From a virus, in the IMG/VR virus record IMGVR_UViG_3300036768_000279, positions 64,001-128,000 of that record: a stretch of DNA of 64,000 nt, one strand, 5' to 3'. A model generated the notes under the pieces. It saw nothing but the letters and a program-made list of their open reading frames with translations, was not told where the DNA came from and made no database searches. Position numbers and translations under genes: made by a program. Position 1 is the first letter of the stretch; the number at the start of each line of letters is the position of its first letter. This document shows, in pieces, positions 39,731 to 48,257 of the stretch.

Positions 39731-40909
39731 ATGGGAACAATTATAGGCGATTTCACACCGGCTGTCAGCGGAGGGTCACACCTTGGCGTGAGTAGAACCA
39801 ATCTGAACAAGATTGATAACTTCTCTACTGTCGTGCCCTTCGGTAATATCCATCAGTTGAGTGGAGTGTTCCATAACTTGTATGGTCAGTCTGGTGTCAT
39901 CAGACTTGGAACGAGTGGTTTTGAATTCTCAACCGATGGCGGCAAGACTTTTGTGGGCACCGCTACCGTAGGCGGCAATAACGGCGACGTACTCTTCAAT
40001 GATGGCGGATCTATTGGCGGCGATTCCTTAGGATTGACATTCAATCAGTCCATCGACGCACTAGGTGTCAGTGGCGAGCTACAACTAGGTCGCAAGACTC
40101 TTGACCGCACCGCTATTGGTCCCAGAGCTGGATCTGGCGTCTCTCGATTTGTTGCAATGAATTTGGCTGAACGCCCTATATTCGGTGGAAGTAACTCTGG
40201 CATGAACCTGCCATACTTTTTCCAGCCAGCCCTGTTCAATAAGTTCATCTTCATGGCATTGCCGTCAGTGACGACAACCATTCAAACGTATGGCAACACA
40301 TTGACAAGCGTAGGTACTGTTTCGCACCCGACCCCTAACGTTGAGTCGGGCGTTATGGTTAACATTGCGTCCGCCGCTACCGCCGCCGCTACCTGTGGTA
40401 CTGGATCAAACAGCACTCTGTTCTGCCGTGGTGCGACATCTGGCGTGAACACTGGCTTCTTCTACGCAACTCGTATTACACAGCCAGACGCTAACTTTGA
40501 TGCTGGTAGAATTTTCTGTGGATTGGTCGCTGGCAGCATGGCTTCTTCTGTTAGTGCTGACGATCCTGGCGTAGACTCTTGTGGTTTCTCGTTCTCCACG
40601 ACACAAAACGTAGCTAAGAACTGGCTGTTCTCCACCAAGGATGGAACAACAAGAAGCACGCAAGACACCGGAATCTCGTGTTCTGGCAATAGAATCTGGG
40701 ATATGTATATCTATTCGCCGCCGTTCCCAAACAACAACGTGTTGTACTGGACGCTGCATGACGTTTCATGGAATCGCATTGCTAATGGCTATGCGATCAA
40801 CAATCTTCCTCGCGTTAATGTCTTGCTTCGTGCCGGTATTCAACTGAACAACATCACCGCAAGTGTTCGTAACCTCAGATTTACGCACATCTATTGCGAG
40901 TCCCTATGA
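39731..40909 (+). CDS. putative tail-fibre/receptor-binding protein
   Basis: N-terminal module GD..P..SG..HLG...PFGNIH..SGV...GQSGVIR...STDGG.TF shared with 40938 and 42397. Confidence 0.65.
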   Translation: MGTIIGDFTPAVSGGSHLGVSRTNLNKIDNFSTVVPFGNIHQLSGVFHNLYGQSGVIRLGTSGFEFSTDGGKTFVGTATVGGNNGDVLFNDGGSIGGDSLGLTFNQSIDALGVSGELQLGRKTLDRTAIGPRAGSGVSRFVAMNLAERPIFGGSNSGMNLPYFFQPALFNKFIFMALPSVTTTIQTYGNTLTSVGTVSHPTPNVESGVMVNIASAATAAATCGTGSNSTLFCRGATSGVNTGFFYATRITQPDANFDAGRIFCGLVAGSMASSVSADDPGVDSCGFSFSTTQNVAKNWLFSTKDGTTRSTQDTGISCSGNRIWDMYIYSPPFPNNNVLYWTLHDVSWNRIANGYAINNLPRVNVLLRAGIQLNNITASVRNLRFTHIYCESL

Positions 40910-40920
40910 TTAGTGTGTTT
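40910..40920 (+). promoter_or_regulatory. candidate late promoter motif TTAGTGTGTTT
   Basis: variant of the recurrent motif, 28 nt before ATG 40938. Confidence 0.4.
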
Positions 40921-40937
40921 TTTGACGGGGGAATCTC

Positions 40938-41708
40938 ATGGTAAGACTTAACGGCGATCTCATTCCCGGTAGTAGTGGTCAAGCCCACTTGGGAATCAAT
41001 GGTGGCGTAGGCGGCTCATTTGATATAACCACGCTCACGCCGTTTGGTAATATCCATATGAACTCTGGCGTTTGGCATGACCCGATGTCGGGCCAGTCGG
41101 GCGTCCTTAGATATAGCCAAGCCGCTGGTGCGTTCCAAATTTCGATTGACGGGGGTAGAACGTTCACTGCACTCGTGACGAATGCTGGTACGGTCACGTC
41201 GGTTGGTCAGCTAGGTGGAGCGGACCTTACTGGTGCGGTTGACATTGCCAGCAAGGGCAGTGGATTCATTTCTGTTACGGACACGGCTGGCGTCAGTCCA
41301 ATTCTTATTGGCGTTGACAGTCTTGGTCTTTCTGGGTTGTGGCGTTTCCCAACTCAGGGCTTCAATGGCTCTATCGTCAACTCATTGACCGACTTCAACG
41401 GCACAACCGCCCAAGGTGCAATCAATGTTGTTGGTGCATCTGGTGTTTATGTAGACATTATTGGTCAGACAATGACCATCACTGGTGCCGCTACACCTAT
41501 TAAGAGCTTTGCAGCTTCATTCGGTGCTGCTACTTCATGGACCGTCTCTCACAACCTCAACACAACGGACGTTCAGGTGGACGTATATGATGCAAGCACT
41601 CCTCGTCTTGCTATCATTCCTGATGCTATCGCACTCACTGACGCGAACACAGTAACGATCACATTCAATGTGGCACAGGCTGGAAGAGTAGTAATCACGG
41701 GCTTCTAA
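40938..41708 (+). CDS. putative tail-fibre/adaptor protein
   Basis: N-terminal module shared with 39731/42397; C-terminal module shared with 38938. Confidence 0.65.
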   Translation: MVRLNGDLIPGSSGQAHLGINGGVGGSFDITTLTPFGNIHMNSGVWHDPMSGQSGVLRYSQAAGAFQISIDGGRTFTALVTNAGTVTSVGQLGGADLTGAVDIASKGSGFISVTDTAGVSPILIGVDSLGLSGLWRFPTQGFNGSIVNSLTDFNGTTAQGAINVVGASGVYVDIIGQTMTITGAATPIKSFAASFGAATSWTVSHNLNTTDVQVDVYDASTPRLAIIPDAIALTDANTVTITFNVAQAGRVVITGF

Positions 41709-41709
41709 T

Positions 41710-42396
41710 ATGGTGAGTTTGTATGACATTTTGCGTGGAGACGTAATACCGCTTAGCGGAATTAATGTCTCTATTGGCAGAAACACATATGACGGGGCGG
41801 CACCAGCCGTTCCTATCAATGACTTGCATTTGCGTAGCTTGAATTTGTACGATGCCAGCACATCTGGCACTCTAACATACAATAACACAGACAAACGCAT
41901 TGATTTAATTAGAACGCCAAAAGAAACGTACCCTATTGTAACGGCAGTTTTCTTTCAAGTTGTTGATACTGTTGGTGGACAGACCATTACAACAGATACG
42001 CCAATAATATTCGACGCAACGCCAACTTACAATACGCATCCAAACATTTTTGTTTGGAATGGCTCCGATCAACTTAGCCTTGGTGCTGGTGGCGTATATC
42101 TTGTTAGCTGGTCAGTTACTCTAAGTCCTAACTCAACAGCAAAAGCATCGTCTTTTTCTGTTCGACTGATGATTGATAATGGTAGTGGTTATACGGAAGA
42201 GCCCGGAACAATTTGTTATGCAAATGAATCATTTGACTACAAAGTTGAAGCTACTCCAGTCACTATTTCTAAATCTTTCTTGATTACTTGTCCACCATCC
42301 CTGAGTAGCATCACATTGTATGCTACAGACAACACTACTGGACGGTCTGTTCAAAAAATCAACGGGTCTTCATTAACCGTTCAAAAGGTGTACTAA
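41710..42396 (+). CDS. putative fibre protein with BclA/C1q-like C-terminal domain
   Basis: divergent GDVIPLSG N-module, GVYLVSWSV; more AT-rich than its neighbours. Confidence 0.6.
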   Translation: MVSLYDILRGDVIPLSGINVSIGRNTYDGAAPAVPINDLHLRSLNLYDASTSGTLTYNNTDKRIDLIRTPKETYPIVTAVFFQVVDTVGGQTITTDTPIIFDATPTYNTHPNIFVWNGSDQLSLGAGGVYLVSWSVTLSPNSTAKASSFSVRLMIDNGSGYTEEPGTICYANESFDYKVEATPVTISKSFLITCPPSLSSITLYATDNTTGRSVQKINGSSLTVQKVY

Positions 42397-44628
42397 ATGG
42401 CACGCGAAGTAGGCGATCTATGGCCGCAGGCTAGCGGCTCTGCTGCTCTAGGGGCAGAAATGACGAATGGTGGATTCACCGGGGCTGTGCGTCCGTTCGC
42501 TGGTGTGTTCATGAACAGTGGTGTTTGGTATAATCCAAGCACTGGTACTTCTGGTGTTATTCGTTTTCAATTGAGCCAAGAACAAAATCTCTCTCTTGGA
42601 GAAGAGGTTTTTGGATTCTCAACAGACGGCGGAAGAACGTTCCCTCTTCAGCTTGGTGATAATGCTGTTGGACAAGGTGCCGACATCGTAGCTCCGTTTG
42701 GAGCAATGAGAATCATTGGTAGTGGCGGGATGGGAACGTTCTCGTTTGGTCCTGATGCTAGTAATCAAATGCTTGCAAATGATGGACCTTTAGTCCTTCA
42801 GGCATTTGGCGATGGCCTCGGAGGACGTGGTGGCGTCTTTGTTAACGCAAGACAGAATACCAATCTTTCACCATTCAATGGCAGTGGTCAACTAGAATTC
42901 CGCTTTGGTCCGCACCAAGCTTGGTACGCCAAACTATCACACTCAAATACTGGTGGTCCAGACAACGATGGCTTCTGGCCAATTCCTCACTCTGGTCAAG
43001 TAGCTGCCATGATTGCTGGTGGTACTACCAGCACGACTCTCCAGGCCGCTTATAATGGCGGTGACGAGGTATTGCTAAAGAACGCCGGTACACGATCTGA
43101 CGGCGTTGTTTTGAAGCAACCAGAAATCACACGTCCTCTATTTCCAACCGACCCTATTGGAGATCAAGGATATGGTTTGGCAGTGAGTGGCTACACAAGC
43201 ACACCACTCAATCCACATAGCTATGGTATTGCGTATCTAAACCACAACGCATTGGCATTTCAAGGCTCTGGTACCTTTGGAACCAATGGTCATTTGTGGC
43301 TAGGTATTGATCCTGCCAATTCGAATGCTGGCACTATTGCAAGTAGCGGCTCGCTTAGCATTGCTAGTCACGGTCTCTCTGTTAATTCTGATGGCAACGT
43401 ATTGCACTACGTATCGAACGGCAGCTTCAAGATTTTTGTACAAAACTCATTGTTGCAATTGCAGTCGATGACATCTGACGCCATCTTGTCTGCTGGTACT
43501 GCTCTTTCGTTGAATGCTGGCACAAATGCAACGCTTTCTGCCGCCGACGATGGCATTAGTATTATAGCATCAGACAATAACTTTGGTAGCAATGCTAACA
43601 TTGCCTTGACGGCAGACACCGATATTAGTGCGTCGGCGTTTGGCGGTAGTGGACTCTTGGCATATCGTTTTGGTCCGCATCAATCTTGGTACATCAAGAC
43701 TTCGCACAGCAACACTGGTGGTCCATTCAACAATGGATACTGGCCTATTGCTCACTCTGGTAATGTCGCCGAGATGATCGCTCGGTCTGCCGGAGGATCT
43801 ACATCACTCCAGCAAGCATATGTAGCTGGTCGCTCTATCATTACTCGTAGTGTTGAGGGTGGACCAGTTAGAGTGTCTGGTCTAACCGCTGCCGCACTTC
43901 GTCTTGAAACTAACGAAGGTGGTTTCGCTCACCTTGAGTTGTCTGGTGTATTGAAGACGCCGACTGGATTCACTGAGCAGGGCAGCATCATTTTGATGCG
44001 TCACGGCTTGAATCTTGACAGCACTCATATCGCCAACATTAATCACCAAGATGACATTTCGTCTATTTCTGCCGGTATTCCTACGCTCTGGCTTCACTGT
44101 GGCGGATCAGGCATTGTTCCATTCAGAACGGCCTCTGGTGTTGCACAGTTCTTCAACGTTTCGGCTTCGACTGCCATCAATGAAATCGGCCTAGCACTGA
44201 ATTTGACAGAAACCTCGCAGTCGCATACTGATAGATTTTTCAGATCAATCACAGGTAGCGGAGTTCAGGTTTTGGTTCCTGGACTATACAGCATTAAGTA
44301 TGCTGCCTCTATAGAGAAGACCGCTGGGGAGCTTGAGCAAAATGTCAAGGCTGAGGTAAGACTGTACGATCAGTGGGGTCAAACTTGGCGAATATTGGGC
44401 GGAGTTTCTTACGTTACTGTGCGAGACTTGTCTGCTCCATTTGGAACGGCCAATGGTCAATGTGTATTTGACATCAATGCTGGCGAGGTTATCAATCTTT
44501 TCGCCTCAACAACCTCTGTTCCTGTTGCACCAAACTCTGTGCGTTTCCCACAACGCTCGGCAAACTTGGTTGTAGAATATCTTGGTCCTCAGAGATCAAT
44601 CACTGGCCTCAGACAGAAGGTGTCCTAA
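42397..44628 (+). CDS. long Gly/Ser-rich tail-fibre-like protein
   Basis: shared N-module, internal ~60-aa repeat, C-terminal PGLYSIKY beta domain. Confidence 0.7.
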   Translation: MAREVGDLWPQASGSAALGAEMTNGGFTGAVRPFAGVFMNSGVWYNPSTGTSGVIRFQLSQEQNLSLGEEVFGFSTDGGRTFPLQLGDNAVGQGADIVAPFGAMRIIGSGGMGTFSFGPDASNQMLANDGPLVLQAFGDGLGGRGGVFVNARQNTNLSPFNGSGQLEFRFGPHQAWYAKLSHSNTGGPDNDGFWPIPHSGQVAAMIAGGTTSTTLQAAYNGGDEVLLKNAGTRSDGVVLKQPEITRPLFPTDPIGDQGYGLAVSGYTSTPLNPHSYGIAYLNHNALAFQGSGTFGTNGHLWLGIDPANSNAGTIASSGSLSIASHGLSVNSDGNVLHYVSNGSFKIFVQNSLLQLQSMTSDAILSAGTALSLNAGTNATLSAADDGISIIASDNNFGSNANIALTADTDISASAFGGSGLLAYRFGPHQSWYIKTSHSNTGGPFNNGYWPIAHSGNVAEMIARSAGGSTSLQQAYVAGRSIITRSVEGGPVRVSGLTAAALRLETNEGGFAHLELSGVLKTPTGFTEQGSIILMRHGLNLDSTHIANINHQDDISSISAGIPTLWLHCGGSGIVPFRTASGVAQFFNVSASTAINEIGLALNLTETSQSHTDRFFRSITGSGVQVLVPGLYSIKYAASIEKTAGELEQNVKAEVRLYDQWGQTWRILGGVSYVTVRDLSAPFGTANGQCVFDINAGEVINLFASTTSVPVAPNSVRFPQRSANLVVEYLGPQRSITGLRQKVS
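42880..43830 (+). repeat. diverged ~180-bp internal direct repeat (~42880-43060 and ~43645-43830)
   Basis: GSG.L..RFGPHQ.WY.K.SHSNTGGP.N.G.WPI.HSG.VA.MIA....T.LQ.AY occurs twice. Confidence 0.85.
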
Positions 44629-44629
44629 T

Positions 44630-44956
44630 ATGCTTGCGGAATCAATCACCAGCTTCGGCGATATTGTTAGCATGCTCATTCAACAGTATGGTATTACTGG
44701 AATAGCATTTGGTGGTTTGCTATGGCTGCTTTGGAAGAACAAGAAGGACGCGGATACCCGCATTACAGAGCTTGAAAAACAAGCAGATGCGAATCAGGCA
44801 CAGCAGATCGCCAACTATAAAGAAATGATTGGCGAGTATGTCGAGCTTGTGAAAAACAAGACCGAAGTGCTTGCTAAGCTCACGACATGTCTTGAATCTA
44901 TGAATAACACGCTGCTGCGGCTAGAGGATAAAAAGCAGCAAGACAAGTCAGACTAA
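44630..44956 (+). CDS. putative holin-like membrane protein
   Basis: QYGITGIAFGGLLWLLW TM segment plus coiled coil; last gene of the structural block. Confidence 0.5.
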   Translation: MLAESITSFGDIVSMLIQQYGITGIAFGGLLWLLWKNKKDADTRITELEKQADANQAQQIANYKEMIGEYVELVKNKTEVLAKLTTCLESMNNTLLRLEDKKQQDKSD

Positions 44957-44961
44957 ACAAC

Positions 44962-44983
44962 CGGGGCCGCAAAAGCGGCCCCG
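44962..44983. terminator. bidirectional terminator at the convergence of the two arms
   Basis: CGGGGCCGC-AAAA-GCGGCCCCG perfect stem, TGTTT on both sides. Confidence 0.85.
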
Positions 44984-44989
44984 AGTGTT

Positions 44990-45241
44990 TCAGATGATAC
45001 GCGGCTTGGCATTTCCAGGGTCGCCACGCTTCTCGATCCTTTCTTTGTCGGCCGCCACACTCGCCTCAGGCGTCATGACACAGGCACCGAACGGATTGCG
45101 TTCTGGTCGTCCAAAGAACGTCATGATTTCAGTACGGAGAGCCGCACGTACTTCCTGCGGAACATCGAATTGTTCGAGGCGTTCACGCAGAATGCGATCC
45201 AGCGTCAAGCCAGTTTCGTTACTTATTTGTCCACTATTCAT
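44990..45241 (-). CDS. hypothetical protein
   Basis: start overlaps the upstream stop. Confidence 0.5.
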   Translation of the reverse strand: MNSGQISNETGLTLDRILRERLEQFDVPQEVRAALRTEIMTFFGRPERNPFGACVMTPEASVAADKERIEKRGDPGNAKPRII

Positions 45242-45737
45242 TCTTCCACGTCCTTTTGAAGCGAGCAATGGCACGGGTCTTGAAAGACTGTGCCGCTTCC
45301 TTTTCTAGTTGGGTTAGCTTTGTAGCAAGCTCATTGAGCTTTGCCGGATCACCGGGAGTCAACAAGACCTCCCCGGACTTGACTTGCGACTTGATGTACT
45401 CTGCGTTCTTCTTGCGGAAGAATACCAGCGATCGAATAGCCGGTACGAGTTCGCGTCTGATGGTCTGCTGCCACTTACGACAAACATCGTCGAGGGGTTG
45501 CACATCGCCATTGAGTTCGTCAACGATCCGCGTATCATTGTACACCAGCACATCGCCCTGAATATCTCTTTTTCGAGCCACTTCTCTCAGGGCTAGAAAC
45601 AAGACTTTGTAGGTATGATGGATCTCGTTGAAGATAGGATATCCACGTTCGTCTGTAGCCGGGGAGCATTTGAAGCTAGCTTCAACGCCTTCCCCGGCTA
45701 CATAGTAACCGTCCTTGGTGACAAATACCAGGATCAT
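45234..45737 (-). CDS. degenerate RNase H-like fold protein
   Basis: TYKVLFLALRE...VLVYNDTRIVDELNG resembles RNase HI EY.AL..AL...V..DS.LV..Q..G. Confidence 0.4.
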   Translation of the reverse strand: MILVFVTKDGYYVAGEGVEASFKCSPATDERGYPIFNEIHHTYKVLFLALREVARKRDIQGDVLVYNDTRIVDELNGDVQPLDDVCRKWQQTIRRELVPAIRSLVFFRKKNAEYIKSQVKSGEVLLTPGDPAKLNELATKLTQLEKEAAQSFKTRAIARFKRTWKNE

Positions 45738-46273
45738 TGTGAACTACGACAGAAGTCGGCCTTCATGCCGCTAGCTTGTGTCTTTTCTTCTGGTGTAACC
45801 GTGCCCGCAGTACGCAAGCTAGCAGCGATGATCGTCAGGATCTCCTGGGTGCGTGGCGATAGCTCAAACACGTTGGTTTGAGGGTTTAGCCATTCAAGAG
45901 CACCGCGTGCTAACAACTCCTGCTCGGCAACGAGTAGAACAAACTCAACCTCATCGTTTGAGAAGCCAGCCTTACGTAGGGCTGGAACGATTAGTGACTT
46001 TGCTCCACCAGCAACGGGCTCGCCCTTGATGCCATCAATAGCCGCGGCAGCAATTTCAAGCTGCTCGTGATTGACTACGCCCTCTTCTAGTAGGCGGTTA
46101 GCACCGATCTTGACTCCCAACTGGATGTACAGCTTCCACTTGCTGTATTCCAATTCTGTCATCTGTTCCAACGGCTTGACGCCGTTACCATTCGTTGTGG
46201 TGCATCCGCTGCTAGCAACGATGCCACCAGCTAGACATAGACACAACATCAATACTGCAAAAGTGTTCTTCAT
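45734..46273 (-). CDS. putative lipoprotein
   Basis: MK + hydrophobic stretch + SSGC lipobox-like site. Confidence 0.6.
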   Translation of the reverse strand: MKNTFAVLMLCLCLAGGIVASSGCTTTNGNGVKPLEQMTELEYSKWKLYIQLGVKIGANRLLEEGVVNHEQLEIAAAAIDGIKGEPVAGGAKSLIVPALRKAGFSNDEVEFVLLVAEQELLARGALEWLNPQTNVFELSPRTQEILTIIAASLRTAGTVTPEEKTQASGMKADFCRSSQ

Positions 46274-46851
46274 TCGTTCTTCCTCTGTACAATTGAACTA
46301 TGGCCCTCTCTAGTGTCCGGCGGTGCCTTCGCACCAAAGAAAGCAGCCTTCTCGTCTTTTGTCTTCTCGTTGATACGCTTGCGACAATCGCGGCAGGTAC
46401 GATAGATGACTCGTTTCCCGTCGTGCATTGTTGTTTGAATTGGACTCTTGTTCAAGTGCATACAAGCAGAACCATCTACTGCCATTTCTGGCAGAATGGT
46501 AGGCTGATCGTTTGTCTTTTCACGCGGTGCGATATCCACTCCCTCAGCCGCTAGAGACCTCTTCTTTTCAGCAACGAACTGTTCGTCGCTATCTAAGTCA
46601 GCAAGTTTACGTGGCACCGAGTCAGCCTTGATGACCGACTCAGAGCTACGTGTACCGCTGCCAAATCCCCATTCATTAGGCAACTTGTTGCCCGACACAA
46701 GCTGCTGTTCAAGTTTGGCCGCAGCTTCCGGGGATAGTTCGTACGTGCGACCCTGCTTCTTGCCGTTCTTCTTAATGATCAATGTGACAGTCTCAGCCGG
46801 ATCGTATTCCTGCTTAGTCAAATCACATTCTTGAACAATACGTCTTGCCAT
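46270..46851 (-). CDS. protein with Lsr2-like N-terminal domain and C-terminal Cys/His cluster
   Basis: MARRIV..CDL...ETV.....G.TYELS...AAKL; CMH...CRDC. Confidence 0.45.
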   Translation of the reverse strand: MARRIVQECDLTKQEYDPAETVTLIIKKNGKKQGRTYELSPEAAAKLEQQLVSGNKLPNEWGFGSGTRSSESVIKADSVPRKLADLDSDEQFVAEKKRSLAAEGVDIAPREKTNDQPTILPEMAVDGSACMHLNKSPIQTTMHDGKRVIYRTCRDCRKRINEKTKDEKAAFFGAKAPPDTREGHSSIVQRKNE

Positions 46852-47540
46852 TATGGTAGATCCTTGCTTCTGTATGCTTCGTATCTACGAAGCACTTCCT
46901 TGACGATTGGCGAACGCTGTACCGTATCAATATTCTCCATCGATACGACACCAACGCCGGGCACGCCATTCAGAATGTTGATGGCCTCAATCAGAGCACT
47001 ATTCTCTGGACGAATGTCGCATTGATCCATGTCGCCAGCGATGACAAGCTTTGAATGCTTACCAACACGAGTCAGCAACATTTTCATGGCATCGCCATCC
47101 AGAGGAACGTTTTGTGCCTCTTCTACGATCACGAAACAGTTGTTGAATGAACGACCACGACACAGACTCAATACTGTGAATTCAAACTTCTCGCGGATGA
47201 TATTGTTGATGTCCTGTTCGTTCTGGAACATCAGACGCAGATTGTCTTTGAGGCCCAAGACATACGGCGTCACCTTCTCATCTACTGTGCCCGGTAGGGC
47301 ACCGAGTTTCTCCCCGGTGTTTGACTGGATATAAGGACGAACGATTATGATGCGTTGAATGCCACCCCTTTTGGGTGCGTTGAACATCATGGTCAATGCA
47401 TGATTGATCGCTAGAAATGTCTTTCCTGTACCGGCATAGCCGGTACAAATAGTGATGATGTTTCTCTCCAGTGAATCTTGGTACTCTTCTTGTCCCGGTG
47501 CTGGCTTAGCTGGGACAAAACGGACTTCACTTTTTTGCAT
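46851..47540 (-). CDS. phoH: PhoH-like ATPase
   Basis: GYAGTGKT, LGALPG, RGRSF, IVEEAQN, LTRVG, GDMDQCD, RSPIV. Confidence 0.95.
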   Translation of the reverse strand: MQKSEVRFVPAKPAPGQEEYQDSLERNIITICTGYAGTGKTFLAINHALTMMFNAPKRGGIQRIIIVRPYIQSNTGEKLGALPGTVDEKVTPYVLGLKDNLRLMFQNEQDINNIIREKFEFTVLSLCRGRSFNNCFVIVEEAQNVPLDGDAMKMLLTRVGKHSKLVIAGDMDQCDIRPENSALIEAINILNGVPGVGVVSMENIDTVQRSPIVKEVLRRYEAYRSKDLP

Positions 47541-47543
47541 CTA

Positions 47544-48257
47544 TCAGCCTCTATTGGCCCTACGCGAAGCCCTTGCACGCTTGCTACGGGCACGACGATC
47601 CGCAATTACCTTGCGACGGTGGGGGGTAAGTTTCATGCCAAATTTGGTTTGGCGGACTTGTTTTGCGACTTCACGCTCAAGATGATGAGAGATCAGTACG
47701 CCATTCAAGTGGTCCATTTCGTGACAAATTGCACGAGCCCAGAACCCATTGAATACTTCTCGCTTGACTTCGCCGTCAAGCTCGTGATATTGAAGCGTAA
47801 CGCTCTTAGGTCTTTTGAAGACCGCACCGAATCCTGGCAGAGAGAGACATGCTTCGCCATTCTTCTTTTGTTCTTGGCTCTGCGACACGATCACCGGATT
47901 GATGAACGCACGGTTAACGCCGTTCTCACGAAGCAAGAAGATTCGTTTTGGGTAACCAACCTGCACGGCAGCCAGCCCAGCCGCAGAGTCACCCAACATG
48001 TCAAGCACAGCATCCATCTTGCCAATAACTGCTGCGTCCGTATCGTTCACCGGAAGACTGCATGGTTGTGACGGTCCTTCCAGGAGCGGCCAGCGTTGCA
48101 CGTCTGCGGGTGTAATGATAGGGTTTGCAACCTCGGGCTGCGTTTTTTCTGAAACCGCAGTAGCGGCTTCGACAGCAGGTTGTGGCTGCATTACCTTGCG
48201 TGGGTTGCCGTGGTTGTGTGATTCGTGTGTGCAGTCAGGTCCGCTACAATCGCTCAT
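47544..48257 (-). CDS. def: peptide deformylase
   Basis: GLAAVQVG, EACLS, HEMDHLNG; Cys/His N-extension and basic C-tail; start at ATG 48257. Confidence 0.93.
   Translation of the reverse strand: MSDCSGPDCTHESHNHGNPRKVMQPQPAVEAATAVSEKTQPEVANPIITPADVQRWPLLEGPSQPCSLPVNDTDAAVIGKMDAVLDMLGDSAAGLAAVQVGYPKRIFLLRENGVNRAFINPVIVSQSQEQKKNGEACLSLPGFGAVFKRPKSVTLQYHELDGEVKREVFNGFWARAICHEMDHLNGVLISHHLEREVAKQVRQTKFGMKLTPHRRKVIADRRARSKRARASRRANRG

Noticed and set aside
42880-43830. Diversity-generating retroelement TR/VR pair
   Set aside because: Both copies are internal and in frame, the differences are not adenine-specific, and no reverse transcriptase is present.
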